A model generated the notes under the pieces. That model had not been told where the DNA came from. It made no database searches and saw nothing but the letters and a program-made list of their open reading frames with translations. This document shows, one piece after another, positions 1 to 8,407 of a stretch of DNA of 28,352 nt. Source of the stretch: Promethearchaeota archaeon (GTDB lineage Archaea > Asgardarchaeota > Lokiarchaeia > Sigyniarchaeales > SOKP01); NCBI GenBank assembly GCA_030603385.1, contig JAUVXW010000045.1, positions 1 to 28,352 on the forward strand, read 5' to 3'. How positions within the stretch are numbered: the stretch's first letter is position 1; the number at the start of each line of letters is the position of its first letter. A program made the position numbers and the translations under genes.

Positions 1-180
1 AATTCCTGCTAGAATGGATATTCTAATAATATACGCCGTCAGTACTATGGATGCACCCTCAACAGTATCTAACGTCTCAATAACAATATTTAGGTTGATT
101 AAATATAGTATTATAATACAAATGAATCCGATACAGATACCCAAAACTAATGCTAAAAGATATTTTCCCCTTGTTTGCAT
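1..180 (-). CDS. Membrane protein, 5' part only (runs off the window start); not in the ORF track
   Basis: Minus strand from ATG at 180 is open to position 1: MQTRGKYLLALVLGICIGFICIIILYLINLNIVIETLDTVEGASIVLTAYIIRISILAGI. Two hydrophobic segments; GAGAGGA SD-like motif just upstream. Confidence 0.75.
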   Translation of the reverse strand, partial: MQTRGKYLLALVLGICIGFICIIILYLINLNIVIETLDTVEGASIVLTAYIIRISILAGI

Positions 181-637
181 TCTAATCCTCTCATCTTTTT
201 AATTCAAAACTCTTTTATTTTTAATATTAGAATTTTCTAAAATTAAATCGTAATTTATTTTTTTAAAATCAACTAATTATGATGATGTTAATTTGAAGAG
301 AAAATATAAAATGTAAACATAATGGATTAATAGGAAAATTAAGAGTTTTCTAGACAACTATTCTAAATAACCTAGAGTTTCAAATGTTTACTACGAGATT
401 TTTGGACTTTATCCCTTCTTTTTTGTATAACAGTATTTTTCTTAACCTCTCTTTTTCAAAATTGGTAGAAAATTATATCGTAAAGCGATCTTTAATACTC
501 ATACGACTAATGTTAAAGCGTTTAGGTCGAGACTTTTTGCATGGTTCGAAGTTCGCTTGAAGTTCACAAAGTAAAACTAAATATGATATACTATCATTAT
601 TTTGAATAAGAAAAAACTCTTAAAAAGGTGAATAACA

Positions 638-838
638 ACGAGTTTAGAATCAATAGACAAAAGAAATCAGGATATAACTGATATAATTATACCGTTTTCT
701 GAGATTTCCAGCCAAAGGAATAATGAGTATATCTACCTTGGAGAAGAAAAGATACCTTTTAAAGAAAGACATCCAATATTTCAAGCTCTCATGTTATATG
801 AGTTTGAGGATTTTAATTCTGAAGCAGGATTATCATAG
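638..838 (+). CDS. Small acidic hypothetical protein (66 aa) with apparent ACG start, or a start-lost pseudogene
   Basis: AGGTGA SD at 626-631, 6 nt before ACG. Open frame (T/M)SLESIDKRNQDITDIIIPFSEISSQRNNEYIYLGEEKIPFKERHPIFQALMLYEFEDFNSEAGLS*. TATA-like TAAATAT at 578. Confidence 0.5.
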   Translation, partial: TSLESIDKRNQDITDIIIPFSEISSQRNNEYIYLGEEKIPFKERHPIFQALMLYEFEDFNSEAGLS

Positions 839-896
839 TTTGCCATCTTTATCTAAATTACTAAGTATTATTAAACATAATACTTGATTAAAATAT

Positions 897-1598
897 TTAT
901 AAATTAAGGTTATTTTTATCTAAAAACCACGAATCAATTAGGAAAGTTTGTTTTGTGTTTATTTCTGGGTTAAATTTAGATTTTATTGTAGACTTAGGAA
1001 TCCATAAATCATTTCCATTATTTATTGTTACTCGTAAAGCTTTATCCGTTTCACCTAAAATTCTTCCCTCCAACCTTTTTATTTTCTCTCCTAAGTTCAT
1101 TTCTTCACGAATAGTTAACCCGTCATCTGTTATATTATTTTGTTCTATGATTATATCATTATTTTTTTGACTATTAATAGCAAATGATTTACTCGTGTCT
1201 GGAACAGTTGAAAATTCAATTTTTTCTTCTAAGATATGAGTTAATAATAGTCTCAAAATCTCTATTTGAGTAAAACTTAACATTTTAGGATAATCCCCTA
1301 CATTAAACCACACTTTATTATCTCCATCCCAGCTAAGAGAAATAGGGGTTTTCTCATCTTTAAAACTATGCACTGTGGACCATGACTTACTTTTTTTCTT
1401 CAGGACTTCAAGAATCATTACTATTTCTTCCAAGCTACATTTAATTGTTTTTCCCTCTCCATTTGATAATTTTTCCCAAGTACCATTATTCTTCTTTTTA
1501 ATAAATTTCATAAAGATAAATGATTCACTCTTTGAAGAACTCTGAATGAACATTCCAGTACTTTGACCAAAAAAACTTTTACTATGGGAATCTACCAT
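897..1598 (-). CDS. Hypothetical protein: Whirly/PC4-like ssDNA-binding-type N-domain plus small C-terminal beta domain (ETDKA...WIPKS)
   Basis: ORF 897..1751 in track; start moved to ATG 1598 because GGTGA SD precedes it. The N-terminal ~130 aa show a duplicated beta-sheet/helix pattern resembling Whirly. Confidence 0.6.
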   Translation of the reverse strand: MVDSHSKSFFGQSTGMFIQSSSKSESFIFMKFIKKKNNGTWEKLSNGEGKTIKCSLEEIVMILEVLKKKSKSWSTVHSFKDEKTPISLSWDGDNKVWFNVGDYPKMLSFTQIEILRLLLTHILEEKIEFSTVPDTSKSFAINSQKNNDIIIEQNNITDDGLTIREEMNLGEKIKRLEGRILGETDKALRVTINNGNDLWIPKSTIKSKFNPEINTKQTFLIDSWFLDKNNLNL

Positions 1599-1811
1599 TT
1601 TTTTCACCATTGATTTTAAATTTATTATAATAATTCTTTCGCAATATTTAAAGAAAAAGAGAAAACTGATTTTATGAAAAAGCTTATAAAAGTAATTTAC
1701 AAATTTCTCATTGTCTCTTCCTTTATATCGTTGATTTACTTCATGCTCCATAAATTTAGTTTTATTAGAAAGGGGAATATAAAAATCTCATATGTTAATA
1801 CATTCTGAATC

Positions 1812-2702
1812 ATGAAATCTAAATTTTTACGTTATTTAATACCAAAAATAGAGTCTAAATCAGAATCATTTGCTCATAAAGCGATAAAATATTTGTTATA
1901 CAATAAAATTTTAGAGAATAATCCAAACATAATTGAAGCCTCTTTAGAAAAATATTTAGAAACGCGACGAGCAGATGTATATTTTAAATTTAATACAGGG
2001 CAAGAAATAGTAGTAGAGATCCAAAATTCTCCAATAACTTCAAGGGAGATTACCACCCGCACAAAAGATTATAATAATAGAGGAATATACGTTTTATGGG
2101 TTTTTTATGGGGATGATAAATGTGTAGGGTCACCGAAAAGGCCTTATCATCTTAAAGATATGAAAATCTCACCCGCTGAAATGCGACTACATCAGCTTTA
2201 CAGAGGGAGAGTCTATTATGTAAATATCCAGTACCAAGAAGAAAAATTCAAAACAACACAACTTTTTGCTTTACATTTCTCTTTTTCTGATACAATCTCG
2301 CCTAACTTATTTAGGAAAAGATTTGACTCCTTTTTCATTCGAAATGTAAATTTTACTTATATTCCGAATTGGAATTTACTCTGTACGACCCACGGTAACT
2401 ATAAAATCGCTAGATTCTATGATCGAAATGCAAAAAGTACTCTCATGGAACAATTAAGAGGATTTGCTATGCGAAATAACATATTTCGCGATAATTCGTT
2501 TTACAAATTAAGAAATACAAAAAAGTTCTTTAAATTAACTTGTAATATGTTTGAAGATGAATATGGTAAAAATATTATTATTGACGCCTTATTACGACTG
2601 ATAACTAACAAAAACTATATTCTAAATAAAAAATACCTGGAAAAATATAAGAAAAAACTCTATAAAAAAGTTAAAACCAAAATTAACATACATCACCTTT
2701 AG
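1812..2702 (+). CDS. CoiA-like PD-(D/E)xK nuclease-domain protein
   Basis: ESFAH...K, E.YL..RRADV, VEIQNSPI...RT..Y...GIYVLWV match the CoiA nuclease-like core; very basic C-terminal tail. Confidence 0.8.
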   Translation: MKSKFLRYLIPKIESKSESFAHKAIKYLLYNKILENNPNIIEASLEKYLETRRADVYFKFNTGQEIVVEIQNSPITSREITTRTKDYNNRGIYVLWVFYGDDKCVGSPKRPYHLKDMKISPAEMRLHQLYRGRVYYVNIQYQEEKFKTTQLFALHFSFSDTISPNLFRKRFDSFFIRNVNFTYIPNWNLLCTTHGNYKIARFYDRNAKSTLMEQLRGFAMRNNIFRDNSFYKLRNTKKFFKLTCNMFEDEYGKNIIIDALLRLITNKNYILNKKYLEKYKKKLYKKVKTKINIHHL

Positions 2703-2889
2703 AGTGCATTAGTTGCATTCTTAAAAGAGTGTTAAGGTAAAATAACTTATTTACTTTTGTTTGAATATCTTACACTATTGTCACTATATATGTTCAAAAT
2801 TGAAATTTAACCAGAAATTAATAAATTTATACAAAATATTATTAGGATTATAATCAGAATTTTATAAAATAAAAGTGGTTATTAAAATA

Positions 2890-4794
2890 ATGACAACAAT
2901 ACAAAAATCATTTCCAGATGCTATTATATTGGATGTAGATCTTACAAATAAAAATATATCCAAAAGAAAACTTTCAGGAGATCTTTATAAATTATATCCC
3001 GGAGGATCTGCTTTAGGTGTATATTTAATGTTACAAGAGCTGAAACCAAATATTGACCCCTTTTCTCCCGATAATTTACTTATATTTTCTGTATCCCCCT
3101 TAACAGGTCTTCCTATTAGTGGGACGAGTCGTTTAACGATCACAACAAAAAGTCCATTAACAGGTGGTTGTGGAGATAGTCAAGCGGGCGGAAATTTCCC
3201 TGCTTATTTAAAATCTAATGGCTATGATGCAATAGTTATTCGCGGAAAATCAGAAAAGCCATCTTATCTTTACATTGATGGAGAAAAAGCTGAAATCAAG
3301 GATGCTAAGAAAATTTGGGGAAAAGTAACCGGTGAATCTGAAGAGATTATAAAAAAGGAAATTGGTAATAATAAAATTGAAATCGCTCAAATAGGTCCAG
3401 CTGGTGAAAATTTAGTTAGGTATGCCTGTGTTATAAATATGAAGACAAGAGCAAATGGAAGAAATGGTACAGGAGCTGTAATGGGTTCTAAAAATTTGAA
3501 AGCTGTGGTGATTCAAAGGCAAGCAACAATAACTCCATATGATAAAAAGGGATTAAGTGATGCATTGATCAAATCTCCTGAGATGAAAGCTAGAATCCCA
3601 GGATTTGCTGATAGTTTTGGTAAATATGGTACGAGTAGTACTATAATTCCCATGAATAGGAGTGGTTTTCTTCCTACTAGAAATTATTCAGAGGGATATA
3701 TGGAAGAAGCTGTTAAAATTGATGGAAAAACAATGGATGAAACAGGAATCCTAAAAGGAAGAGAAACTTGTTATGCTTGCGCAGTAAGGTGCAAGAGAGT
3801 AGTTGATATTCCTGGCAAAGTTGATCCACAATATGGTGGTCCTGAATATGAAACCCTTGCCACGTTCGGCTCATATTGCGGAGTAACTGATTTAGAAACT
3901 ATTTGCATATGTAACCAACTTTGTAATATGCATGGCCTTGATACAATCTCGACTGGGGCAACTATCGCTTTCACAATGGAATGTTATGAAAAAGGAATTT
4001 TAACTCAAGAAAATGCTGATGGTTTAGAAATAAAGTTCGGAAATCATGAAGTTCTTCCAATTTTAGTAGAAAAAATAGCAAAAAGAGAAGGAATAGGAAA
4101 TCTTTTAGCAGAAGGTAGTAAACGATACGCTGATCGACTAGGTGAAGAGGCAAAATCCCTTTTTATGGGTGTAAAAGGACAAGAATTTCCCGCTCATATG
4201 CCTCAACAAAAACCAGGACTTGGTATTATTTATACTGTAAATCCTTATGGAGCTGATCATCAGGCGGTGGAACATGATACAATGATAGCAATTCCAGGAA
4301 ATCCATTTAAGAGTCGTACGGATTTTGTTGGAGGTTACGACCATTATGAAGTTCCAACAATTTTAGATGAGAATAAAGTTCACTTCATATTTGATGGTCA
4401 ATGTTTCTATTCAATGATTAATTCTCTTTGTCTTTGTACATTTGCTTGGGGTTTTGCTTGGCAACTTTATGGACCTTCTCAAATTATCGACTTATGTAAA
4501 TATGGATTAGGATGGGAAACTAATATTAAAGAACTTCTCGAAATTGGGGAACGCTGCTTTAATATGATGAGACACTTTAATGCACGAGAAGGATTTACTA
4601 AAGAAGATGATAAATTACCAGAACGCGCTTTTCAACCTATTCCTGAAGGCCCTGGGAAAGGTGTTGGCATCGATAAAGAGGAATTTTATAAAACTCAAGA
4701 AATGTATTATAAAATGGCAGGTTGGGATGAAAAAACAGGAAATCCAACTGTAGAAACACTGAAAAGATTAAAATTAGATTGGCTACTTAACTAA
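2890..4794 (+). CDS. aor: Aldehyde:ferredoxin oxidoreductase family protein (tungsto/molybdopterin, 4Fe-4S)
   Basis: KSPLTGG, GRNGTGAVMGSKNLKA, CYACAVRC, PEYET, GLDTISTG, C-terminal YY..AGWD..TG.PT..L..L. ATG 2890 preferred over GTG 2875. Confidence 0.95.
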   Translation: MTTIQKSFPDAIILDVDLTNKNISKRKLSGDLYKLYPGGSALGVYLMLQELKPNIDPFSPDNLLIFSVSPLTGLPISGTSRLTITTKSPLTGGCGDSQAGGNFPAYLKSNGYDAIVIRGKSEKPSYLYIDGEKAEIKDAKKIWGKVTGESEEIIKKEIGNNKIEIAQIGPAGENLVRYACVINMKTRANGRNGTGAVMGSKNLKAVVIQRQATITPYDKKGLSDALIKSPEMKARIPGFADSFGKYGTSSTIIPMNRSGFLPTRNYSEGYMEEAVKIDGKTMDETGILKGRETCYACAVRCKRVVDIPGKVDPQYGGPEYETLATFGSYCGVTDLETICICNQLCNMHGLDTISTGATIAFTMECYEKGILTQENADGLEIKFGNHEVLPILVEKIAKREGIGNLLAEGSKRYADRLGEEAKSLFMGVKGQEFPAHMPQQKPGLGIIYTVNPYGADHQAVEHDTMIAIPGNPFKSRTDFVGGYDHYEVPTILDENKVHFIFDGQCFYSMINSLCLCTFAWGFAWQLYGPSQIIDLCKYGLGWETNIKELLEIGERCFNMMRHFNAREGFTKEDDKLPERAFQPIPEGPGKGVGIDKEEFYKTQEMYYKMAGWDEKTGNPTVETLKRLKLDWLLN

Positions 4795-4862
4795 GCTAAT
4801 AAATATTTATATATTTTTTTTATATTTTTAATCATATCAATTTAACTAAAAGAACGTTAATA

Positions 4863-4937
4863 GTTGATATCCGAATGGAAGAAATGAATTGGGTAGATAT
4901 TGGGGACGCAATTAAGAGTGGATTTACTACAGTTGTA
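4863..4937 (+). pseudogene. N-terminal remnant resembling a creatininase-family protein
   Basis: Translates VDIRMEEMNWVDIGDAIKSGFTTVV, resembling the creatininase N-terminus that precedes GSxEQHG; the sequence then runs into the 3' end of the convergent GTPase gene. Confidence 0.45.
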
Positions 4938-4946
4938 AGAAATAAA

Positions 4947-5546
4947 TCAAGTTATAACTGAAATTAATTTCTGTCTAAAGTACTTCTTTAATACTAATCG
5001 TAAAATATCTTCGAAACAATCTAAAACTCCTTCTCCGTTAATCGCACTAGTATATCTCGAATCGATATTTTTATATCTATGAAAGTCAATTTCTTTCAAA
5101 AAGTCTTCAGAATTAAACTTTATTTCTAATCCTAAATCCTGCTTGTTGAATGCTATGAGAATTGGAATATCTTTTATAGATTCAGTAAAATATGAGAAAA
5201 GTTCTTTCCAAGATATTAAATTCCTGTCATAAACTTCCTTTTGTGAATCTATTACAAAAATAACTCCATCTACTGCGCGTAATGTCGTTAATCTGGTTAT
5301 TAAATAGAAGTCTTGACCTGTTGTCGTGTAGATATGAATCTTAAGGTGCCAATCCTGATTTTGAAAGGTAACTGTACCATAGTCAAAAAACAATGTCCTA
5401 TCAACCGTACTTTCAATGCTACATATTTGTTCGTCCTTACCAAAAAGAGAAAATAATGCTTTAATAGAAGTAGTCTTACCCGAAAGAGCAGGTCCAAAAT
5501 AAACGATTTTTATACTTATTGTTTTGTCGACATGATCAATAAACAT
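4947..5546 (-). CDS. mglA: MglA-family (Arf-related) small GTPase
   Basis: KIVYFGPALSGKTT (G1), DRTLFFDY (MglA switch I with Arg50/Thr51), TTTGQ (G3 lacking Asp, like MglA TVPGQ), NKQD (G4), SA..GEGV (G5). Confidence 0.9.
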   Translation of the reverse strand: MFIDHVDKTISIKIVYFGPALSGKTTSIKALFSLFGKDEQICSIESTVDRTLFFDYGTVTFQNQDWHLKIHIYTTTGQDFYLITRLTTLRAVDGVIFVIDSQKEVYDRNLISWKELFSYFTESIKDIPILIAFNKQDLGLEIKFNSEDFLKEIDFHRYKNIDSRYTSAINGEGVLDCFEDILRLVLKKYFRQKLISVIT

Positions 5547-5622
5547 ATCTTTAAATCTGAAATTATCTTTTTAAAAACCAATTATTTGGGATTTTTTTTT
5601 ACAATTAGTAAATTCCATAAAT

Positions 5623-6723
5623 TTAGTCTTTCCACAAATTATCTATCTTTTCACCGAGTTCATCCCATTTCCAGATAATATTTAATCCAAAATATACTCT
5701 AATAACATCGGTTAAAAAATAGAGATATTGCTTTCTGATTTTTTTAACTAACAGAGACTCTTCTAAATGTTTAATAAGGGTTCTTGGAGATAACGGTATT
5801 TTATTATCAATCCTCTCGTAAAAATTAAATAAATGTCGTGTTAAGATGTAAATTCCCTCAAGCTTCTCTTTTAAATCAAGAACGCATGAATTATTATCAC
5901 TATTATTATAAAAAGTTCTTACTAATTCTGTTTCATATTTTAGTTGACCCGAATTTATCAGTTTCCTTGTTTCATTAACTAAATCTTTTTCATACATTAT
6001 AATATATTCTTCGTATAATTGTCGATTTCTCTTGTATTGCGATTTAGATTTAATTAGAATATCACCTGTGAAAGATTTTTGAAAGATGTAATCAATAAAA
6101 TTATTTAATTCAAGAATTAAATAGTAAAATTCTTTTTTAATGGGAATGAATATTTTCTTCCTAAATAAATAAGCATGAACAATATAGATTAAGATTTCTG
6201 GCTTAATATTCATTTTCAACTTAAAAATTGTCTCATTTCTAGGTTTTCCTGCAAATGGTAAAGCTAAAATGTCAAAGTATTTATCATATATTTTTAAAAG
6301 ATTATTTCTAAACTTGTTATAGCCCAAATCTCCTAATTTCTTTCGAGATTTACGCTTTTCAAAAAGAATTTTAGGGAACTCTTTGAGACTCTTTAATTCA
6401 TGAGAAAATTCTTTAATTATCTGAGATTTAAGTTTTAATGACTTAAAGTTTTCTGTGGATGGCTCATTTACCAAAAATGTTATCATGAATTCTTCGAATC
6501 CACTTCTCGCAAATTTAGAGGGAATGTAAAACTTATAGTTTAATGTCTGAAAGTCTTCAAAAGCGATAGGAAAAGGCTTTTCTCCTCCCCCATAACTCAA
6601 TAGTATGTCTAATAATACACTATCGAAAGGATTAAATTCGTGTTTACTGAAAAATAATTTTGGACCTTCAACTTGGTCAAAGTAAAAAATGTATAATCTT
6701 CTGCTTTCTTTATTTTCCTTCAT
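5623..6723 (-). CDS. Longin/uDENN-domain protein with cDENN/dDENN-like C-terminal part (FLCN/SMCR8/NPRL2-like)
   Basis: N-terminal YIFYFDQVEGPKL is the typical first uDENN hairpin; NYKFYIPSKFARSGFEEFMITF resembles the longin Arg-finger loop; LIYIVHAYLFRKKIFI resembles the start of cDENN. Confidence 0.6.
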   Translation of the reverse strand: MKENKESRRLYIFYFDQVEGPKLFFSKHEFNPFDSVLLDILLSYGGGEKPFPIAFEDFQTLNYKFYIPSKFARSGFEEFMITFLVNEPSTENFKSLKLKSQIIKEFSHELKSLKEFPKILFEKRKSRKKLGDLGYNKFRNNLLKIYDKYFDILALPFAGKPRNETIFKLKMNIKPEILIYIVHAYLFRKKIFIPIKKEFYYLILELNNFIDYIFQKSFTGDILIKSKSQYKRNRQLYEEYIIMYEKDLVNETRKLINSGQLKYETELVRTFYNNSDNNSCVLDLKEKLEGIYILTRHLFNFYERIDNKIPLSPRTLIKHLEESLLVKKIRKQYLYFLTDVIRVYFGLNIIWKWDELGEKIDNLWKD

Positions 6724-6876
6724 TATGAACTCACTTATATAAAAATTTATAATCTATGTTTTAAAAGCTCTAGATTTCAAAATTCTGTAAATAAAAAATT
6801 TCTCGTAAAGACTACAACCAAAAAAAGATTAATTTTATTTAGTTTCAAATTCAATTAGAATAGAAGGTGTATTGTT

Positions 6877-7956
6877 TTGACATTAAAAACTGATATTACC
6901 GAAATGTTTGGAATTAAACATCCAATCGCAAGTGCCGCTATGGGCCCTTTCAGAACAACCGAATTGGCTATAGCAGTCACAGAAGCTGGAGGACTTGGCA
7001 TGATCTCTCATGCTCACCAATCTATGGATGGTAGGGAAGTAGATGCTATAGTTGCTTTGAAAAAAAATCTTGATTATGTAGTTGAGCATACTGATGGAAT
7101 TTTTGGTTTCAACATAAGAACTTCGAGACTTACGGTAGATTGTGATAAATTGATTGAAGAAACCTCAAAGCATATAATGGGAAACCCTAAATTGAGAGAA
7201 CAATGTCTATATGCGCTCACCAGTGCGGGTTCAGCAAAAAGATTGCCTCTACATAAAGATTTTCAGAAATTAAGAGAAAAAACTCAGATTAAACACTTCC
7301 ATGTTGCCCCTGCACTATGGTTAGCAGATAAATGTGTGGCAGCAGGATGTGACGGGCTTGTTGTAACAGGTTTTGAAGGTGGAGGGCACCAATCATATGA
7401 GAAAGTTGGTGGTTTGGTTTTATTGCAGCAGGTACAACAAAAACATCCCGATATTCCTAAAATTGCTTGCGGGGGATTTGCAACAGGAGCAGGTATGGCG
7501 GCAGCTTTAGCTCTCGGTGCAGGAGGAATTGCTATGGGATCGAGATTTATTGCGTCTCATGACAGTGAATTTCATGAAAACTACAAGAATGTAGTACCAC
7601 CGTCTAAAGCTCAAGATACGTTGGTCTCAACAGGATCTCTAGGAACCATAAGACTCTGGAGGAACAAATATGCCCTGTCAAAAGGGTTAGTAAGAAGTAA
7701 AGAAGAAAAAATGGCTGAAGAAAAAGCATTGGTAGATCACCGTACTGCTATTTCAAAGGAAGATCTTGCCGAAGAATTAAGAAAAGATGCATATGCTGCT
7801 TTTGCAGCTTACCAAGGCGATATGGAGAACGGTGCGGTCTTAATAGGGCAAAGCATAGGAATAATAAACCAGATCGATAGTGTTTCAGATATCATTGAAA
7901 CAATTATAAAAGATGCTGAAAAAGCATTAAAAAATGCAAACAATTTTGTGCAATAA
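6877..7956 (+). CDS. Nitronate monooxygenase / FabK-like FMN-dependent oxidoreductase
   Basis: T.ITEMFGIKHPI..A.MG, AV.EAGGLG, G.EGGGH (catalytic His), ACGG...G.G.AAALALGA.G..MGSRF, GQSIG.I. TTG start with GAAGGTG SD. Confidence 0.9.
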   Translation: MTLKTDITEMFGIKHPIASAAMGPFRTTELAIAVTEAGGLGMISHAHQSMDGREVDAIVALKKNLDYVVEHTDGIFGFNIRTSRLTVDCDKLIEETSKHIMGNPKLREQCLYALTSAGSAKRLPLHKDFQKLREKTQIKHFHVAPALWLADKCVAAGCDGLVVTGFEGGGHQSYEKVGGLVLLQQVQQKHPDIPKIACGGFATGAGMAAALALGAGGIAMGSRFIASHDSEFHENYKNVVPPSKAQDTLVSTGSLGTIRLWRNKYALSKGLVRSKEEKMAEEKALVDHRTAISKEDLAEELRKDAYAAFAAYQGDMENGAVLIGQSIGIINQIDSVSDIIETIIKDAEKALKNANNFVQ

Positions 7957-7991
7957 TTGCTCTTTTTCTTATCAATTTAATTACTATTTTT

Positions 7992-8105
7992 TTATATTTT
8001 TTCAATTTTTTTGGCTTATTCATGAGCATCCTCGTCCGATTCTTGGGCTGTCTTAATCATCTCCTCAAGATTAACAATTAACACCGCATTGAGTGATTTA
8101 AAGGC
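7992..8105 (-). pseudogene. Decayed paralogue of the 13279..13620 hypothetical gene
   Basis: LNAVLIVNLEEMIKTAQESDEDAHE*AKKIEKI* aligns with IDAALIVNPEGLFKILEESDENAQELAKKIKKVV*; in-frame TAA at 8016-8018 where the intact copy has TTA. Confidence 0.8.
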
Positions 8106-8407
8106 TTTTATAATAATTGCTATATTAGATCGCTACAAAATTAAAGAGGATTAAAGGATATTCTTTTATTAAAAAATGATTTTACGCTGAATTTAATGAG
8201 ATTTAAGTTCTATTTCTAAATGTTTTAATAGATTAAGTATTAATAAAAAATCAAATTTTAAATTTAAAAGAACACCATTCTAACTTTATTAAATAAATTA
8301 AAACTATATTATATTCAGTATTAAATTAGCATAATACTTCGATCTCTATCTTGATTCAATTACATTTAATTAAGAATTTAATTTAAAATTAAAATAGGCT
8401 GATATAA

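Noticed and set aside
14-202. 62-aa plus-strand ORF from the track
   Set aside because: Antisense shadow of the minus-strand membrane-protein gene (1..180), which has an SD and coherent TM segments.
1599-1751. N-terminal extension of ORF 897..1751
   Set aside because: Lies in the divergent promoter region; a GGTGA SD supports ATG 1598.
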